From Desulfocapsa sulfexigens DSM 10523 (GTDB lineage: Bacteria; Desulfobacterota; Desulfobulbia; Desulfobulbales; Desulfocapsaceae): DNA of 32,000 nucleotides. Position numbers and translations under genes: made by a program. Numbering within the stretch: position 1 is the stretch's first letter; each line of letters begins with the position of its first letter. The notes under the pieces were generated by a model. It was not told the DNA's origin. It saw only the letters and a program-made list of their open reading frames with translations, and did no database searches. The stretch spans positions 450,001-482,000 of the forward strand of contig NC_020304.1 of assembly GCF_000341395.1 (NCBI RefSeq), given 5' to 3'. Below, piece by piece: positions 1-10,564 of the stretch.

Positions 1-2
1 CC

Positions 3-356
3 GCCGGCCCTACAACCTCCACCCGCATGGACAAATACAGTGACATGATGCTGAAAGAAACCGGCCTTATCGGCATGATAGGAAAATCGGAACGAGGTGA
101 TGCAACCATCGAATCCATTCGCCAACACGGCGCTGTATACCTTATGGCTGTTGGAGGAGCTGCCTATCTTGTATCAAAGGCAATCAAGAAAGCACGAGTG
201 GTGGCCTTCGAAGATCTCGGCATGGAGGCAATCTATGAATTTGAGGTTGAAGATATGCCTGTAACGGTAGCCGTCGACAGCCGGGGCGAGTCAGTCCACA
301 AGACAGGTCCTGCTCTCTGGAGCCAGAAGATCCGCGATTATCGGAGTCACAAATAG
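3..356 (+). CDS. Class I (Fe-S) fumarate hydratase, C-terminal/beta domain, truncated at window start
   Basis: Frame is open from base 3 (AGPTTSTRMDKYSDMMLKETGLIGMIGKSERG...) and matches the remembered tartrate/fumarate hydro-lyase beta-subunit pattern TAGPTT..RMD...GK, then GGAAYL and YEFEVEDMP. Confidence 0.87.
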   Translation, partial: AGPTTSTRMDKYSDMMLKETGLIGMIGKSERGDATIESIRQHGAVYLMAVGGAAYLVSKAIKKARVVAFEDLGMEAIYEFEVEDMPVTVAVDSRGESVHKTGPALWSQKIRDYRSHK

Positions 357-423
357 GTTCTCGTTGTCCCTGACAGAGACCCGTTAACACTCTCCACTTC
401 TTCCACCGCGGGGCCCTAATACT

Positions 424-1641
424 ATGACAAAACTTTCCCGAAAATTAAACAACGCCCTTGAAATCACCGCAGGATGCACAGAACCGGCAGCTATCGCCTT
501 CTGTGCCAGCTTTGTAGGAAAATACCTGGACGACATCCCTCAAGAGATACTCTTACGTATTGATCAGCGTACTTACAAAAATGCCTTCGGAGCCGGAATT
601 CCACGAGCAGGTGACAAACGTGGCAGTGAATGGGCCCTGCTCTTTGGCTTTGTCATGGCCTGCCCGGAAAAACGGCTTTCGATCTTTTCTGGATTGGAGA
701 AAGATGCCATCACCCGGGCACAAGCTCTGCATGACCGCGATATTCTCAAAGTTGAACTGGTTGAAACGGAAACTCTGCTGATCGCTGTCTCGGCACGAGG
801 AGCCACAAACCATGTTGAAGCACGTATAGAAGGCGGGCACACCAAGGTGACGGCTGTCACTTTAAACAACAGAACTATTGATATAGCAGAGGAAAAAGAA
901 AAAGAGGCAGCAGCAGCTTCTCTTCCCTATGAGGATGCGATATATGAAGCTCTGAACTGGCCGGAACTCATTGAAGAGTGCTACAAAGACCAGACCCTGC
1001 AAACCACGGTTCGCCAGGGAATTGCCTATAATATGGCAGCAGCCCTACACGGCCAGAAATATGTTAAAAGTGGCCATGGTGCAGATTCCCTCGTAATGGG
1101 AGCCATCTACTCAAGAATGAACGGCGACCCTATTCCCATTATGAGCTGTGCAGGGTCCGGTAACAAGGGACTGACCTGTATGGTCCCCGTGGTGTGTTAC
1201 AGCAGGGATCTTGACCTTGGAGAAGAACTGGAAATTAAGGGTGTACTCGTTGCAGTATTACTGACCAGCCTCATCACCTCACGTTTTGGTGAAGTTTCTT
1301 CGGTCTGTGGAGCCCAGTATGCTGCAGGTGCCGGTGTTATCGGGGGCATCCTGTATTTAAAAAACAAACTGGAGCTCTTTGACGGCGCCTACAACAACTT
1401 TATATCAGCCATTGGCGGAGGATTCTGCGACGGTGCCAAGGGAAGCTGCTCCATGCGGGGCAATGTTGCTGTAAGTACTGCCCTCACCGCCATCAATCAT
1501 GCAGAAAACGGATTTCTGGTTTCCGGACGGGACGGTTTTCTTGGCACGACCTTCCATGAAACTCTGGATCATCTTACCCAGTACAATCCACTTATTGCAA
1601 AATTTGAGCGTGAAACCATTGATATTTTACGTAATAAATGA
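424..1641 (+). CDS. UPF0597 / L-serine dehydratase alpha-like family protein, putative L-cysteine desulfidase (CyuA/YhaM-like)
   Basis: 405 aa; N-terminal ALEITAGCTEPAAIAF, internal IPIMSCAGSGNKGLT and GGGFCDGAKGSCSMR, conserved Cys pattern. Confidence 0.85.
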   Translation: MTKLSRKLNNALEITAGCTEPAAIAFCASFVGKYLDDIPQEILLRIDQRTYKNAFGAGIPRAGDKRGSEWALLFGFVMACPEKRLSIFSGLEKDAITRAQALHDRDILKVELVETETLLIAVSARGATNHVEARIEGGHTKVTAVTLNNRTIDIAEEKEKEAAAASLPYEDAIYEALNWPELIEECYKDQTLQTTVRQGIAYNMAAALHGQKYVKSGHGADSLVMGAIYSRMNGDPIPIMSCAGSGNKGLTCMVPVVCYSRDLDLGEELEIKGVLVAVLLTSLITSRFGEVSSVCGAQYAAGAGVIGGILYLKNKLELFDGAYNNFISAIGGGFCDGAKGSCSMRGNVAVSTALTAINHAENGFLVSGRDGFLGTTFHETLDHLTQYNPLIAKFERETIDILRNK

Positions 1642-2913
1642 GTCTTTTCTACTCCGGCGTATAATCCCGTTCATCCGCCCCTGAGTCAGAGGCGGTTCTG
1701 TATGAAGAAACAAGCGGTTACCGGGGTTAGCACGACTTATCACCTCCCCCTTTTCGGTCTCCATACGGACAACGGTTAAGGGAATACAGCTAATCCCGGG
1801 AAGCATATACTCCACCTGATTCCCCGTTTCCAGGACATTCCTCGCTTCAACCAGTGGTGCCTCACCCTCTCCTCTGATCACGGCCACTGGCTCAACTTCC
1901 ATCTGAACCCGGGGACTGGTATAGAGCATCTCAGAACTCCCTGGCACATGTCTGAAAAAATTTTCACTGGTACCACGGGTTCCGGTTTTGGCAATCTCTT
2001 CGAACACAATCGATGGCAACCTGATCTCCGACGGATTATCCCAGGCCTCGGGTGGCAAGTCCCGCAGATAATCGAGTGCTGCCCGATAAATGCGGGTCAC
2101 TCCACCTACATAAAAAATTGACTTCATCCGTCCTTCAATTTTTAATGAATTTGCACCACTGGCCACCAGTTCCGGCAAGCCTTCCAGGAGACAGAGATCT
2201 TTCGAATTAAAGATATATGTTCCCCGCTCATCCTCTTCTACAGGAAAATATTCACCAGGCCGCTTCTCTTCAATCAGCTTGTAGCTATAGCGACAGGGAT
2301 GGGCACAGGCTCCCTGATTAGCATCTCTTCCTGTCATGTAGTTGGAGAGCATACAGCGTCCCGAATAGGAGATACAGAGGGCTCCATGGACAAAAATTTC
2401 CAGTTCTCCCTGTGTCTGCTGCCGAACCTCGCGGATTTCCTTCAGGGACAACTCACGCGCAAGATTGAGGCGGCTGACCCCCTGTTCAAACCAGAACTCA
2501 GCAGCCTCCGCATTGGTCACATTGGCCTGGGTGGACAGGTGTACAGGAATTTCCGGCACGCATTCTCGGGCTCGTCGCAGGATACCGGGATCGGCAATAA
2601 TCAAACCGTCCACTCCGGCTTTTCTCAGCCCAGACAGGTAATTATCCAGTTCTGTAAAATCACGGTTATGAGCCAGAATATTGATGGTCACATATATCTT
2701 CACATCGTGAGCATGAGCGTACTGCACAGCCTCTGCCATTTTTTCATCACTGAAATTCCCAGCCTTTGCCCGGAGACTGAACTGCTTTCCACCCATATAC
2801 ACGGCATCGGCACCATAGTGAATTGCAGTAACCATCTTCTCAAAGTTTCCTGCCGGAGCAAGGAGTTCGGGGATGACTGGAATACCAGCTTTGTTGCTTT
2901 CTTTTTTATCCAT
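1627..2913 (-). CDS. U32 family peptidase-like protein (RlhA/TrhP type)
   Basis: 428 aa; IPELLAPAGNFEKMVTAIHYGADAVYMGG, VFVHGALCISYSGRCMLSNYMTGRDANQGACAHPCRYSY is typical of the U32 family. Confidence 0.9.
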   Translation of the reverse strand: MDKKESNKAGIPVIPELLAPAGNFEKMVTAIHYGADAVYMGGKQFSLRAKAGNFSDEKMAEAVQYAHAHDVKIYVTINILAHNRDFTELDNYLSGLRKAGVDGLIIADPGILRRARECVPEIPVHLSTQANVTNAEAAEFWFEQGVSRLNLARELSLKEIREVRQQTQGELEIFVHGALCISYSGRCMLSNYMTGRDANQGACAHPCRYSYKLIEEKRPGEYFPVEEDERGTYIFNSKDLCLLEGLPELVASGANSLKIEGRMKSIFYVGGVTRIYRAALDYLRDLPPEAWDNPSEIRLPSIVFEEIAKTGTRGTSENFFRHVPGSSEMLYTSPRVQMEVEPVAVIRGEGEAPLVEARNVLETGNQVEYMLPGISCIPLTVVRMETEKGEVISRANPGNRLFLHTEPPLTQGRMNGIIRRSRKDSFIT

Positions 2914-2996
2914 TGTACGCTACTATTAAAAGTTATAATTTCTTATCCAGGATAAACATTCCATACTGTACACCGCATGTGAAATCAAGAGATCAA

Positions 2997-4031
2997 GTGA
3001 GAAAAACAAAAGTTGGTATGGCCATGAGCGGAGGAGTAGACTCCACTGCATGCGCATTGCTTTTGCGAAAACAATATGACGTTCACGGGTTTTTCATGCA
3101 GCTTGCCCAACCGGATATCAACCAGCAGTTGGTGCGAGTTAAAGATATTGCTGCACGATGCAAAATCCCTCTTACAGTGATAGACTTGAGCGCTCGTTTT
3201 GAGGAGAAAGTTCTCAGCTATTTTACAAATACCTATCTTGACGGGCGTACCCCAAACCCCTGTATGGTCTGTAACCCAAAAATAAAATTTGGCCTGTTTA
3301 TGGATGCCATGCTGGAACATGGAATGGAGGAGATTGCCACCGGCCATTACGCAAGCATTGTGGAAGAAGACGGCTGTTTTTTTCTGCAACAGGGCGAGGA
3401 TACAATCAAGGACCAGACCTATTTTCTTGCCAGATTAGGTCAAAAGCAGCTGGCACGGGTGAAATTCCCACTGGGAGCTATGACAAAATCTGCCGTTTAT
3501 GACCTTGTCGAAGAACATGGATTCACCGATTTCAGAGGTCGGGAAAGCCAGGATGTCTGTTTTCTACAAAATGAATCCGTTGGTCACTTTCTAACAACCC
3601 GAAGTCCGGAATCTGCAAGGGATGGCGATATCGTACATATTAATGGTCATGTTCTGGGACGGCATAATGGCATCATCAACTACACAGTTGGACAACGTCG
3701 TGGTTTAGGGATTGCCGCACCATCTCCCCTCTATGTCCTGAAAATTGACGCCTCTGCCAACCGTGTTATTGTGGGTGACAATGACGACCTCTATCAAGAC
3801 TCTATTGAAATACAGGATGTTTCATGGAACTGCGGCAAGCCCCCGAAATCGGATCACGACTACCTGGTCCGCATCCGCTATGGCCATGAAGGTCAACCGG
3901 CAAAGATAAAACAGATATCGGAGGATCATTACCACATTAGCTTCACAGAGCGGCAACGGGCTGTTACACCCGGTCAATTCGCAGTTATCTACGAGGGCGA
4001 TCGGCTTATTGGAAGTGGTGAAATCCAATGA
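2997..4031 (+). CDS. mnmA: tRNA-specific 2-thiouridylase MnmA (start re-called to GTG at 2997)
   Basis: KVGMAMSGGVDSTACALLL (PP-loop), NPCMVCNPKIKFG, GHYA, FLARLGQKQL, SQDVCFL. The tracked ORF starts at 2913 but homology begins with the in-frame GTG-initiated VRKTKVGMAMSGGVDS. Confidence 0.9.
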   Translation: MRKTKVGMAMSGGVDSTACALLLRKQYDVHGFFMQLAQPDINQQLVRVKDIAARCKIPLTVIDLSARFEEKVLSYFTNTYLDGRTPNPCMVCNPKIKFGLFMDAMLEHGMEEIATGHYASIVEEDGCFFLQQGEDTIKDQTYFLARLGQKQLARVKFPLGAMTKSAVYDLVEEHGFTDFRGRESQDVCFLQNESVGHFLTTRSPESARDGDIVHINGHVLGRHNGIINYTVGQRRGLGIAAPSPLYVLKIDASANRVIVGDNDDLYQDSIEIQDVSWNCGKPPKSDHDYLVRIRYGHEGQPAKIKQISEDHYHISFTERQRAVTPGQFAVIYEGDRLIGSGEIQ

Positions 4032-5341
4032 AGAAAAAAATTATTATCAATACACTGGGCTGCAAGGTCAACCAGTTCGAATCCGCATCCTTCCTCTGTG
4101 GTTTTGAGGAATCTGGATGCAGGAAAGCCCTGGCCGGCGAGGACGCCGATATCGTGGTCATCAACACCTGTGCGGTCACCGCAAAAGCCGGTGCCCAATC
4201 CCGCCAGACCGTGCGCAGACTTATGCGCCGCCACCCCAAGGCAAAGGTAGTCATAACAGGGTGTTATGCCCAGATGGCTGCCAATGAACTTGCTGAAATA
4301 GTAGAAACACCGGTCTGTATTGTTGGCAATGGCAACAAACATCTCCTCGTTGAAGTAGCCCTGAAGGAAACACCCTGCGATCTCACCATGCTTATGGGAA
4401 GGATTCTGAGCAAAAAAGAGATCTGCAGCCTTCCCATGAAACGTTTCGGTGACCGAACCCGCGCCTATCTCCGTGTTCAGGATGGCTGCACAAATTTCTG
4501 CACCTACTGCATTGTCCCCTATACCCGTGGCCCAAGCCGTAGCCTGCCTCTGATTGAGGTTCTTGAACAGACGGCCCGTTTTGAAGTGGCTGGCCACAGA
4601 GAAATCGTTGTCACCGGAATCCATGTGGGCATGTATGGAAAAGATCTTGAAGAACAGTCTGATATCACAGATCTGATGCGAACCGCCTGTAACGCACATC
4701 CTGATATTCGTTTCAGACTCAGCTCCATTGAGCCACAGGAAATCACCGATGAACTCCTCGATGCCATGCACTCCTGTAGCAACTTCATGCCCCATTTCCA
4801 CATCCCTCTGCAGAGTGGTGACGACACCATTCTCAAACGTATGCACCGGGGTTATGATAGGGAAACATTCCGAAAAATCATTCAGAAATGCAAGACTACT
4901 TTTCCCGATGCTGCTATTGGTATCGATATCCTGACTGGATTCCCTGGAGAAGGAGAACAGGAGTTTGACAACAGCAGAAAACTCCTTGAAGAAATTGACG
5001 GTACCTATTTCCACGTCTTCCCCTACTCCAAACGCCCTGGCACCCCTGCGGCAACCTTTAAAAACCAGGTACCAAAAGAAGTAAGTCAACAACGGGTTGC
5101 GCAACTGCGCAAACTTGCCGATGCTAAAAAGGAGGCATTTTACACCCGTTTTCTTGGAACAGAACGGCCCGTACTGGTAGAGCATAAGCGCACGAGAGAC
5201 AACCTGCTCACAGGATTTACTGACAATTACATTCCTGTGGTTTTTTCAGGGGATGATATTTTGATGGGGACTGTCATTTCTGTTCACCTTGAAAAAATTG
5301 GCGACAATGGCGCTGTTGTCGGGAAACAGGCAGGAAAATAG
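4028..5341 (+). CDS. mtaB: tRNA t(6)A37 methylthiotransferase MtaB (MiaB-like radical SAM)
   Basis: NTLGCKVNQFESA, INTCAVTAKAGAQSRQ, VQDGCTNFCTYCIVPYTRGPSRS radical SAM CxxxCxxC, GIDILTGFPGE, HVFPYSKRPGTPA. Confidence 0.9.
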   Translation: MKKKIIINTLGCKVNQFESASFLCGFEESGCRKALAGEDADIVVINTCAVTAKAGAQSRQTVRRLMRRHPKAKVVITGCYAQMAANELAEIVETPVCIVGNGNKHLLVEVALKETPCDLTMLMGRILSKKEICSLPMKRFGDRTRAYLRVQDGCTNFCTYCIVPYTRGPSRSLPLIEVLEQTARFEVAGHREIVVTGIHVGMYGKDLEEQSDITDLMRTACNAHPDIRFRLSSIEPQEITDELLDAMHSCSNFMPHFHIPLQSGDDTILKRMHRGYDRETFRKIIQKCKTTFPDAAIGIDILTGFPGEGEQEFDNSRKLLEEIDGTYFHVFPYSKRPGTPAATFKNQVPKEVSQQRVAQLRKLADAKKEAFYTRFLGTERPVLVEHKRTRDNLLTGFTDNYIPVVFSGDDILMGTVISVHLEKIGDNGAVVGKQAGK

Positions 5342-5344
5342 AAA

Positions 5345-6586
5345 ATGCTTGGAGAAATCATCGCCATCGGCAACGAGCTCACCTCGGGAAGGATCCCCAA
5401 CACCACCAGTGGTTTTGCCGCTCACCATCTTTTCAAGGCAGGATTTGACATCTATGCCATGCACACCATCGGTGACACTCCTAAGCTCATTGGTGAGGCC
5501 TTGAAACGAGCCTTGGGACGGGTAGATTTTGTACTCGTGACCGGTGGCCTTGGCACCACGGATGACGACCTCACTACGGTTGCCGTCTCTGAAGCGCTGA
5601 ACCGGCCAACCATGCCAAATCTTGAGATCCTCTCTCTCATCAGAAAACATCTGGATGCAAACACCGGTCAGCCGGTGAGTTCTCTTGAAAAACTTGCCTG
5701 GCTCCCCGAGGGAGCTGAGGCCTTAAATGCACAGTCGAAAATGTCAGGGTTCCAGCTCATTCATGACGGTAAGCCAATTTTTTTCCTTCCCGGCATCCCC
5801 CATCAAATGCGCACCCTTCTAGTAGAACAGGTACTACCCAGGCTTGCCACATGGTATAAGGGAAGCCGCCTCAACAGCGTACAGCAGGTCTTTAAAATCT
5901 TCGGCATCCAGGAAAGTGACATCAACAGCGCGGTGGAAGCACTTCCCCTGGATAAGGATGTGGAGATCGGTTACTACCCTGTATTCCCAGAGGTTCATCT
6001 CAGTATGACCATTCGCGGTAACAACAAAACAAAGACGGAGCAACTTGCCAAAGAGACATCCCGCCTCCTTAAACAGACACTGGGCTCAGCTCTCTATGGC
6101 CGGGATCAGGACACCCTGCAATCTGTGGTTGGAGAATTGTTACAGAAGAGGAACAAAAAACTCTCCGTTGCAGAATCATGCACGGGGGGACTTATCAGCT
6201 ATCTTGTGACCTCAATCGCAGGAAGCTCTGCCTATTATCTTGGTGGGGTAACTTCCTATGCAGACTCGATGAAAACGACCTATCTGGACGTGGACGAGAG
6301 CACACTGAAAACCTACGGGGCGGTGAGCAAAGAAGTTGCAACGGCGATGGTTGAGGGAATGCGCAAACAAAGCAGTGCAGATATCTCCCTTTCCGTAACC
6401 GGAATTGCTGGACCGGATGGAGGCAGTGTAGAGAAACCCGTTGGCACCGTTTTCATAGGAATCGCCGACCAGGAAGACACCCGGGTAGAGCGTTTTCTTT
6501 TTACCGGGAACAGATACGAGATCCAGCAATTAACAGCACAGACAGCACTTGATATTGTCAGACGTTCTCTGTTAGAAACAGAGTAA
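5345..6586 (+). CDS. cinA: CinA family protein: competence/damage-inducible protein A with nicotinamide-nucleotide amidase domain
   Basis: 413 aa; [30 protein letters not shown]-terminal [28 protein letters not shown] and GIAGPDGGS...KPVGTVFI. Confidence 0.92.
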   Translation: MLGEIIAIGNELTSGRIPNTTSGFAAHHLFKAGFDIYAMHTIGDTPKLIGEALKRALGRVDFVLVTGGLGTTDDDLTTVAVSEALNRPTMPNLEILSLIRKHLDANTGQPVSSLEKLAWLPEGAEALNAQSKMSGFQLIHDGKPIFFLPGIPHQMRTLLVEQVLPRLATWYKGSRLNSVQQVFKIFGIQESDINSAVEALPLDKDVEIGYYPVFPEVHLSMTIRGNNKTKTEQLAKETSRLLKQTLGSALYGRDQDTLQSVVGELLQKRNKKLSVAESCTGGLISYLVTSIAGSSAYYLGGVTSYADSMKTTYLDVDESTLKTYGAVSKEVATAMVEGMRKQSSADISLSVTGIAGPDGGSVEKPVGTVFIGIADQEDTRVERFLFTGNRYEIQQLTAQTALDIVRRSLLETE

Positions 6587-6621
6587 TCAATCAACAGAAT
6601 ATAATTCACAAGAGGTTCAAT

Positions 6622-7662
6622 ATGGCAACAGCAAAAGATAAAGAGGGTAGCGTAGACAACGCAATCAGCCAGATTCAACGCCAATTCGGCAAAGGCTCCA
6701 TCATGCGCCTTGGCGGGGCAACAGTTGAAAAGATCCCTGTGGTCTCAACAGGTTCCCTGAGCCTTGATATTGCACTCGGAGTAGGTGGTTTCCCCAAGGG
6801 GAGAATCGCTGAAATCTACGGCCCGGAATCTTCCGGTAAAACTACCCTTGCACTTCATGCTGTTGCAGAGGCTCAGAAAAAGGGCGGGACAGCTGCTTTT
6901 ATAGATGCAGAGCATGCACTCGACACGGCATATGCCCAGCGCCTTGGCGTTGATGTTGACAATCTTCTCGTCTCCCAACCGGACTTTGGTGAACAGGCTC
7001 TTGATATTGCAGAGATTCTTATTCGATCGGGCGGCGTGGATATTATTGTTATCGACTCCGTGGCTGCCCTGGTTCCCAAGGCGGAGATTGATGGGAATGT
7101 CGGTGATTCCCATATGGGCCTGCAGGCGCGTCTGATGTCACAGGCCATGCGTAAATTCACCGGTGTCCTGAGTCGGAGCAACACCATCCTTATCTTTATC
7201 AACCAGATCAGGATGAAAATCGGAGTGATGTTCGGGAACCCGGAGACCACTACGGGCGGAAACGCTCTTAAATTCTACTCCTCACTACGCCTCGATATAC
7301 GAAGAATCGGTTCCCTGAAAGACGGTCAGGAAGTCATTGGAAACCGCACCAAAGTGAAGGTGGTAAAAAACAAAGTTGCACCCCCGTTTCAGATAGCAGA
7401 ATTTGACATTATCTACGGGGAAGGCATCTCCAAGGAAGGTGACCTGCTTGATCTTGCCGTAGAGCAGGAAATCATAGACAAGAGTGGCTCCTGGTATTCG
7501 TATCAGGACGAACGCATTGGCCAGGGACGGGAAAACGCCAAGCGATTCCTTCAGGATCATCCGGAAATGTTTACCGACATCGACCAGAAAGTCCGAATGG
7601 GATTCGGGCTGCTTGCCCCCGCTGGAGCAGATGCAAAGAAAGCAACGGACGAAACTGAATAG
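6622..7662 (+). CDS. recA: Recombinase RecA
   Basis: 346 aa; [23 protein letters not shown] (Walker A), [69 protein letters not shown]. Confidence 0.98.
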   Translation: MATAKDKEGSVDNAISQIQRQFGKGSIMRLGGATVEKIPVVSTGSLSLDIALGVGGFPKGRIAEIYGPESSGKTTLALHAVAEAQKKGGTAAFIDAEHALDTAYAQRLGVDVDNLLVSQPDFGEQALDIAEILIRSGGVDIIVIDSVAALVPKAEIDGNVGDSHMGLQARLMSQAMRKFTGVLSRSNTILIFINQIRMKIGVMFGNPETTTGGNALKFYSSLRLDIRRIGSLKDGQEVIGNRTKVKVVKNKVAPPFQIAEFDIIYGEGISKEGDLLDLAVEQEIIDKSGSWYSYQDERIGQGRENAKRFLQDHPEMFTDIDQKVRMGFGLLAPAGADAKKATDETE

Positions 7663-7673
7663 AAAAATATAGA

Positions 7674-7703
7674 TATTACTCCCGCAGCCCAGCGGGAGTA
7701 ATA
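7674..7703 (-). terminator. Strong GC-rich hairpin between convergent recA and the nitrilase/RfaE2 fusion gene
   Basis: 12-bp perfect stem tattactcccgc / gcgggagtaata around loop agccca. Reading on the minus strand it is followed by the U-rich tctatatttttct. Confidence 0.7.
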
Positions 7704-7746
7704 CTCAACGACGGAAAGAAGTCCGCCTTGTTGCCATAGCAATCCG

Positions 7747-9042
7747 TCAGCTTGCCCTGATCTGATCAATTACCGCCGTTGTTGATGTCTGACTGGCAAA
7801 GCTGATCCGCTCCACTCTGCCACCTCCTGCCTTTACCTCAGCCCCCCCGACAATATCATCCTCCTCCCAGTCTGCCCCTTTTACCAGAACATCTGGGCGG
7901 ATTGTGGTTATCAGATGGAGGGGAGTATCTTCTCCAAAAAGAACAACGCCATCCACACAACCAAGTGCGGCAAGAACTCTCGCCCGATTCTGCTCATTGT
8001 TGATTGGCCTGGCAGGTCCCTTGATAGAACGAATGGACGCATCATTATTCAAGCCAACTATGAGAAAGTCTCCCTGGCACCTGGCCTTCTGCAGATACTC
8101 CACATGCCCCGCATGAATGATATCAAAGCAGCCATTGGTAAAAACAATTTTCTGCCCTGCTTTCCGGCGTCTGGTTACATTTTCGGTAATTGTCTCCAGG
8201 CTGAGGATTTTATCACTATCTTCAAACGCCCAGGGAGAAGGTGCAACACTGTTAAAACGCTCCCGCAGTTCCTTCTGCACTTCCCGATTAAAGGGAACCG
8301 AACACGCCCCCTCAGTGTCACCTGCTTCAGTGATAATCTCACCGTCGGGTGCCACAATCATGGAATGGCCACCCATGCGCATCCCTTCCCAGTCACCACA
8401 GCAATTCGCCGCAACCACGAAGGCCTGATTTTCAATGGCACGAGCCTGAAGCAACACCCGCCATTGAGCAATTCTCGCCCGAGGCCACTCTGCAGACATC
8501 ACCAGAATCCCTGCTCCCTGACGGCATTGAAACCTTGCCGCTTCGGGGAAACGAAGATCATAACAGACCAGCCCACCCAACAGATCACCTCCGGGAAGCG
8601 CTATGGGCGATGGACTCTTCCCGGCCTGAAACCAGAGATCCTCCTTCCAGAAAGAAAACAGATTCTGCTTGGCAATTCCACGAGCACCTGCTTTCCCGAT
8701 ACCTGAAAAAAACAGAGTGTTGTACAGAGAATGTTCTTTGTTTTTCCCCTCTGTCAGTTTTTGGGGAAGAGATCCTGCGAGGATAATAGCGAAGGAAGAG
8801 GCGAGTTCCTCCAATTCCACAAGAAGTTCAGGGATCTCATCGGCAAGTGTAGCCAACTGCTCGTAGACAAAACCGGTGGCCCACATCTCTGGAAGAACAA
8901 TAAGGCTTCCCGGAGCCGGAGCTAATTCAGCCAGCCCAGATCGTACCTGTTCAAGATTTTTTTGAATGTCACCTGCAACAATCTCAAACTGGAGAAAACC
9001 GAGTTGGGAAAGTACTGTATCGGACACGACTACACTCTTCAT
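7747..9042 (-). CDS. Bifunctional fusion: N-terminal carbon-nitrogen hydrolase (nitrilase/omega-amidase-like) and C-terminal D-beta-D-heptose 1-phosphate adenylyltransferase (RfaE2/HldE C-domain-like)
   Basis: One 431-aa ORF. The nitrilase E-K-C triad candidates are VLPEMWATGF, AKQNLFSF and GGLVCYDLRFPEA. The C-terminal part has the nucleotidyltransferase motif VFTNGCFDIIHAGHVEYLQKA and LVKGADWEEDDIVGG. Confidence 0.9.
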   Translation of the reverse strand: MKSVVVSDTVLSQLGFLQFEIVAGDIQKNLEQVRSGLAELAPAPGSLIVLPEMWATGFVYEQLATLADEIPELLVELEELASSFAIILAGSLPQKLTEGKNKEHSLYNTLFFSGIGKAGARGIAKQNLFSFWKEDLWFQAGKSPSPIALPGGDLLGGLVCYDLRFPEAARFQCRQGAGILVMSAEWPRARIAQWRVLLQARAIENQAFVVAANCCGDWEGMRMGGHSMIVAPDGEIITEAGDTEGACSVPFNREVQKELRERFNSVAPSPWAFEDSDKILSLETITENVTRRRKAGQKIVFTNGCFDIIHAGHVEYLQKARCQGDFLIVGLNNDASIRSIKGPARPINNEQNRARVLAALGCVDGVVLFGEDTPLHLITTIRPDVLVKGADWEEDDIVGGAEVKAGGGRVERISFASQTSTTAVIDQIRAS

Positions 9043-9057
9043 TGTAAAGATTATCGA

Positions 9058-9771
9058 TTATGCGGGCTGCAGGACACGACACTGTCTCAGGGCATCTGCG
9101 GCAATTTTCGAAACGGTCACAACAGAAATTTCTCCATCGCGATAGAGGCGGACCGACCGCTCGTCCTGCAGCAACGGCTCCAACTTCTTCTCAAAATCAA
9201 TGCCTCCAAGCAGACCCAGCCCCTTTGCCGCCAAGCCCCGCACTGTGGCATCCTGCGAGTTTAGGTAGGGGAGCAGATCAGGGACAACATCCTTCTCTAA
9301 CAGCAACTCCGCTCGTTTTTCTGCCAGCCTGCTAACACCCCACAGCAGACCGCGCTGCAATTCGGGAAGTTCGAGATAATTTCCATCCTGGTGTTCAAGA
9401 GGTCCGTCCGGACGCATGTATGAAATCAGCATATGAAGGTACTCATCACACAAACCGTCATGATGATACATGGCCTCCGCCATGGCCTCAGGAGCCCCCC
9501 ACCCGATACCGCCAGACTCATCATTAAGGCTCCAGAGATAACGGCGCATGACAATTCGTGCCGCCTCCATATTCTTATTGGCAAGACGGTTTAAGACTTC
9601 GCCGAAAATGGTCACAGTATGCCACCGCAACATCTCTTCGGGACGATACAGACCTGAGAAGAGGGGATTCACCAGCCCCTGTTCGTCAAACTTGGCAAGC
9701 TCTTCACGAGCATGATTCAAATCATTATCCGCTAAAAGAGCCAGAACCTCTTTTTTTATTTTTCTGTTCAT
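9058..9771 (-). CDS. HEAT-repeat-like conserved protein (DVU0298-like)
   Basis: 237 aa; helical repeat-like segments (LPYLNSQDATVRGLAAKGLGLLGG); W-rich middle part. The family name is from memory. Confidence 0.55.
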   Translation of the reverse strand: MNRKIKKEVLALLADNDLNHAREELAKFDEQGLVNPLFSGLYRPEEMLRWHTVTIFGEVLNRLANKNMEAARIVMRRYLWSLNDESGGIGWGAPEAMAEAMYHHDGLCDEYLHMLISYMRPDGPLEHQDGNYLELPELQRGLLWGVSRLAEKRAELLLEKDVVPDLLPYLNSQDATVRGLAAKGLGLLGGIDFEKKLEPLLQDERSVRLYRDGEISVVTVSKIAADALRQCRVLQPA

Positions 9772-9841
9772 TTACAAGTCTCCATAGGTGAGAATTACTA
9801 TCAAAAGTAAAATAAACACTCACCGGTGGAAAACAAGGTTA

Positions 9842-9869
9842 GCCCGCACTTCTCATGAGAAATGCGGGC
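9842..9869 (-). terminator. Hairpin downstream of the ferritin gene
   Basis: gcccgca-c-ttctcatgagaa-a-tgcgggc: 7-bp GC-rich stem, one mismatch, then a self-complementary inner segment. Only a short, interrupted U-run follows on the minus strand (taaccttgtttt). Confidence 0.5.
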
Positions 9870-9879
9870 CAGGCCGTGA

Positions 9880-10383
9880 CTATTTTACCGGCATGGTGAA
9901 TACCCGCTTGGAAAGTTCCGAATCAAGCAGAAACAGTCCACTGGAATCATCACCGATCAGACGAAGACGGGCAACAATTTCACCCACGGTTGACTCCTCT
10001 TCAACCTGTTCGGTAATAAACCAGTCAAGAAAAGCCTTCGCTGCATGATCGCGAACATCAAGAGCAACGTCGATCAGATTGTTGATAAGGGCAGTTACCC
10101 CCTGCTCATGTGCCAGGATATGCTCAAAGGCCGCCAGTGGTGACTTCCATTCGGTCTCAGGCTTGGCTATCGCCTCGAACTCCATCCTACCTCCCCGTTC
10201 GTGAACATAATCATAAATCTTCATGCCATGAAACATCTCTTCCTGAACCTGACCACGCATCCATTTGGCAAAACCGCTGAGGCTGATAGATTGAAAATAG
10301 GACTCCATCGCCAGATACAAATAGCTGGAATACATTTCCGCGTTCACCTGTTTATTCAAGGCTTTTTCCATCTTTTTCTTCAT
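9880..10383 (-). CDS. Ferritin (non-heme)
   Basis: 167 aa; MEKALNKQVNAEMYSSYLYLAMESYF, EEMFHGMKIYDYVHERGG, FLDWFITEQVEEES. Confidence 0.93.
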   Translation of the reverse strand: MKKKMEKALNKQVNAEMYSSYLYLAMESYFQSISLSGFAKWMRGQVQEEMFHGMKIYDYVHERGGRMEFEAIAKPETEWKSPLAAFEHILAHEQGVTALINNLIDVALDVRDHAAKAFLDWFITEQVEEESTVGEIVARLRLIGDDSSGLFLLDSELSKRVFTMPVK

Positions 10384-10564
10384 TTTTATACTCCTTGGTC
10401 ATTGTTTACTGATTATAAATGAATTGTAAAATCGAAACTCATATTACAGGGAGAAGGATTGATATGAAAGTACGAAAAGACCCCATAGACAATTTAACCA
10501 TTAGGCCCTTGATTCTGACCTCAGGGGTCAACAAACCATATAAAACGGCAAAAAGCAGCACATC

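Noticed and set aside
3989-5185. 398-aa minus-strand ORF antisense to mtaB
   Set aside because: It lies entirely opposite a clear radical-SAM methylthiotransferase gene and its translation shows no recognisable domain. Long antisense ORFs are expected from codon bias.
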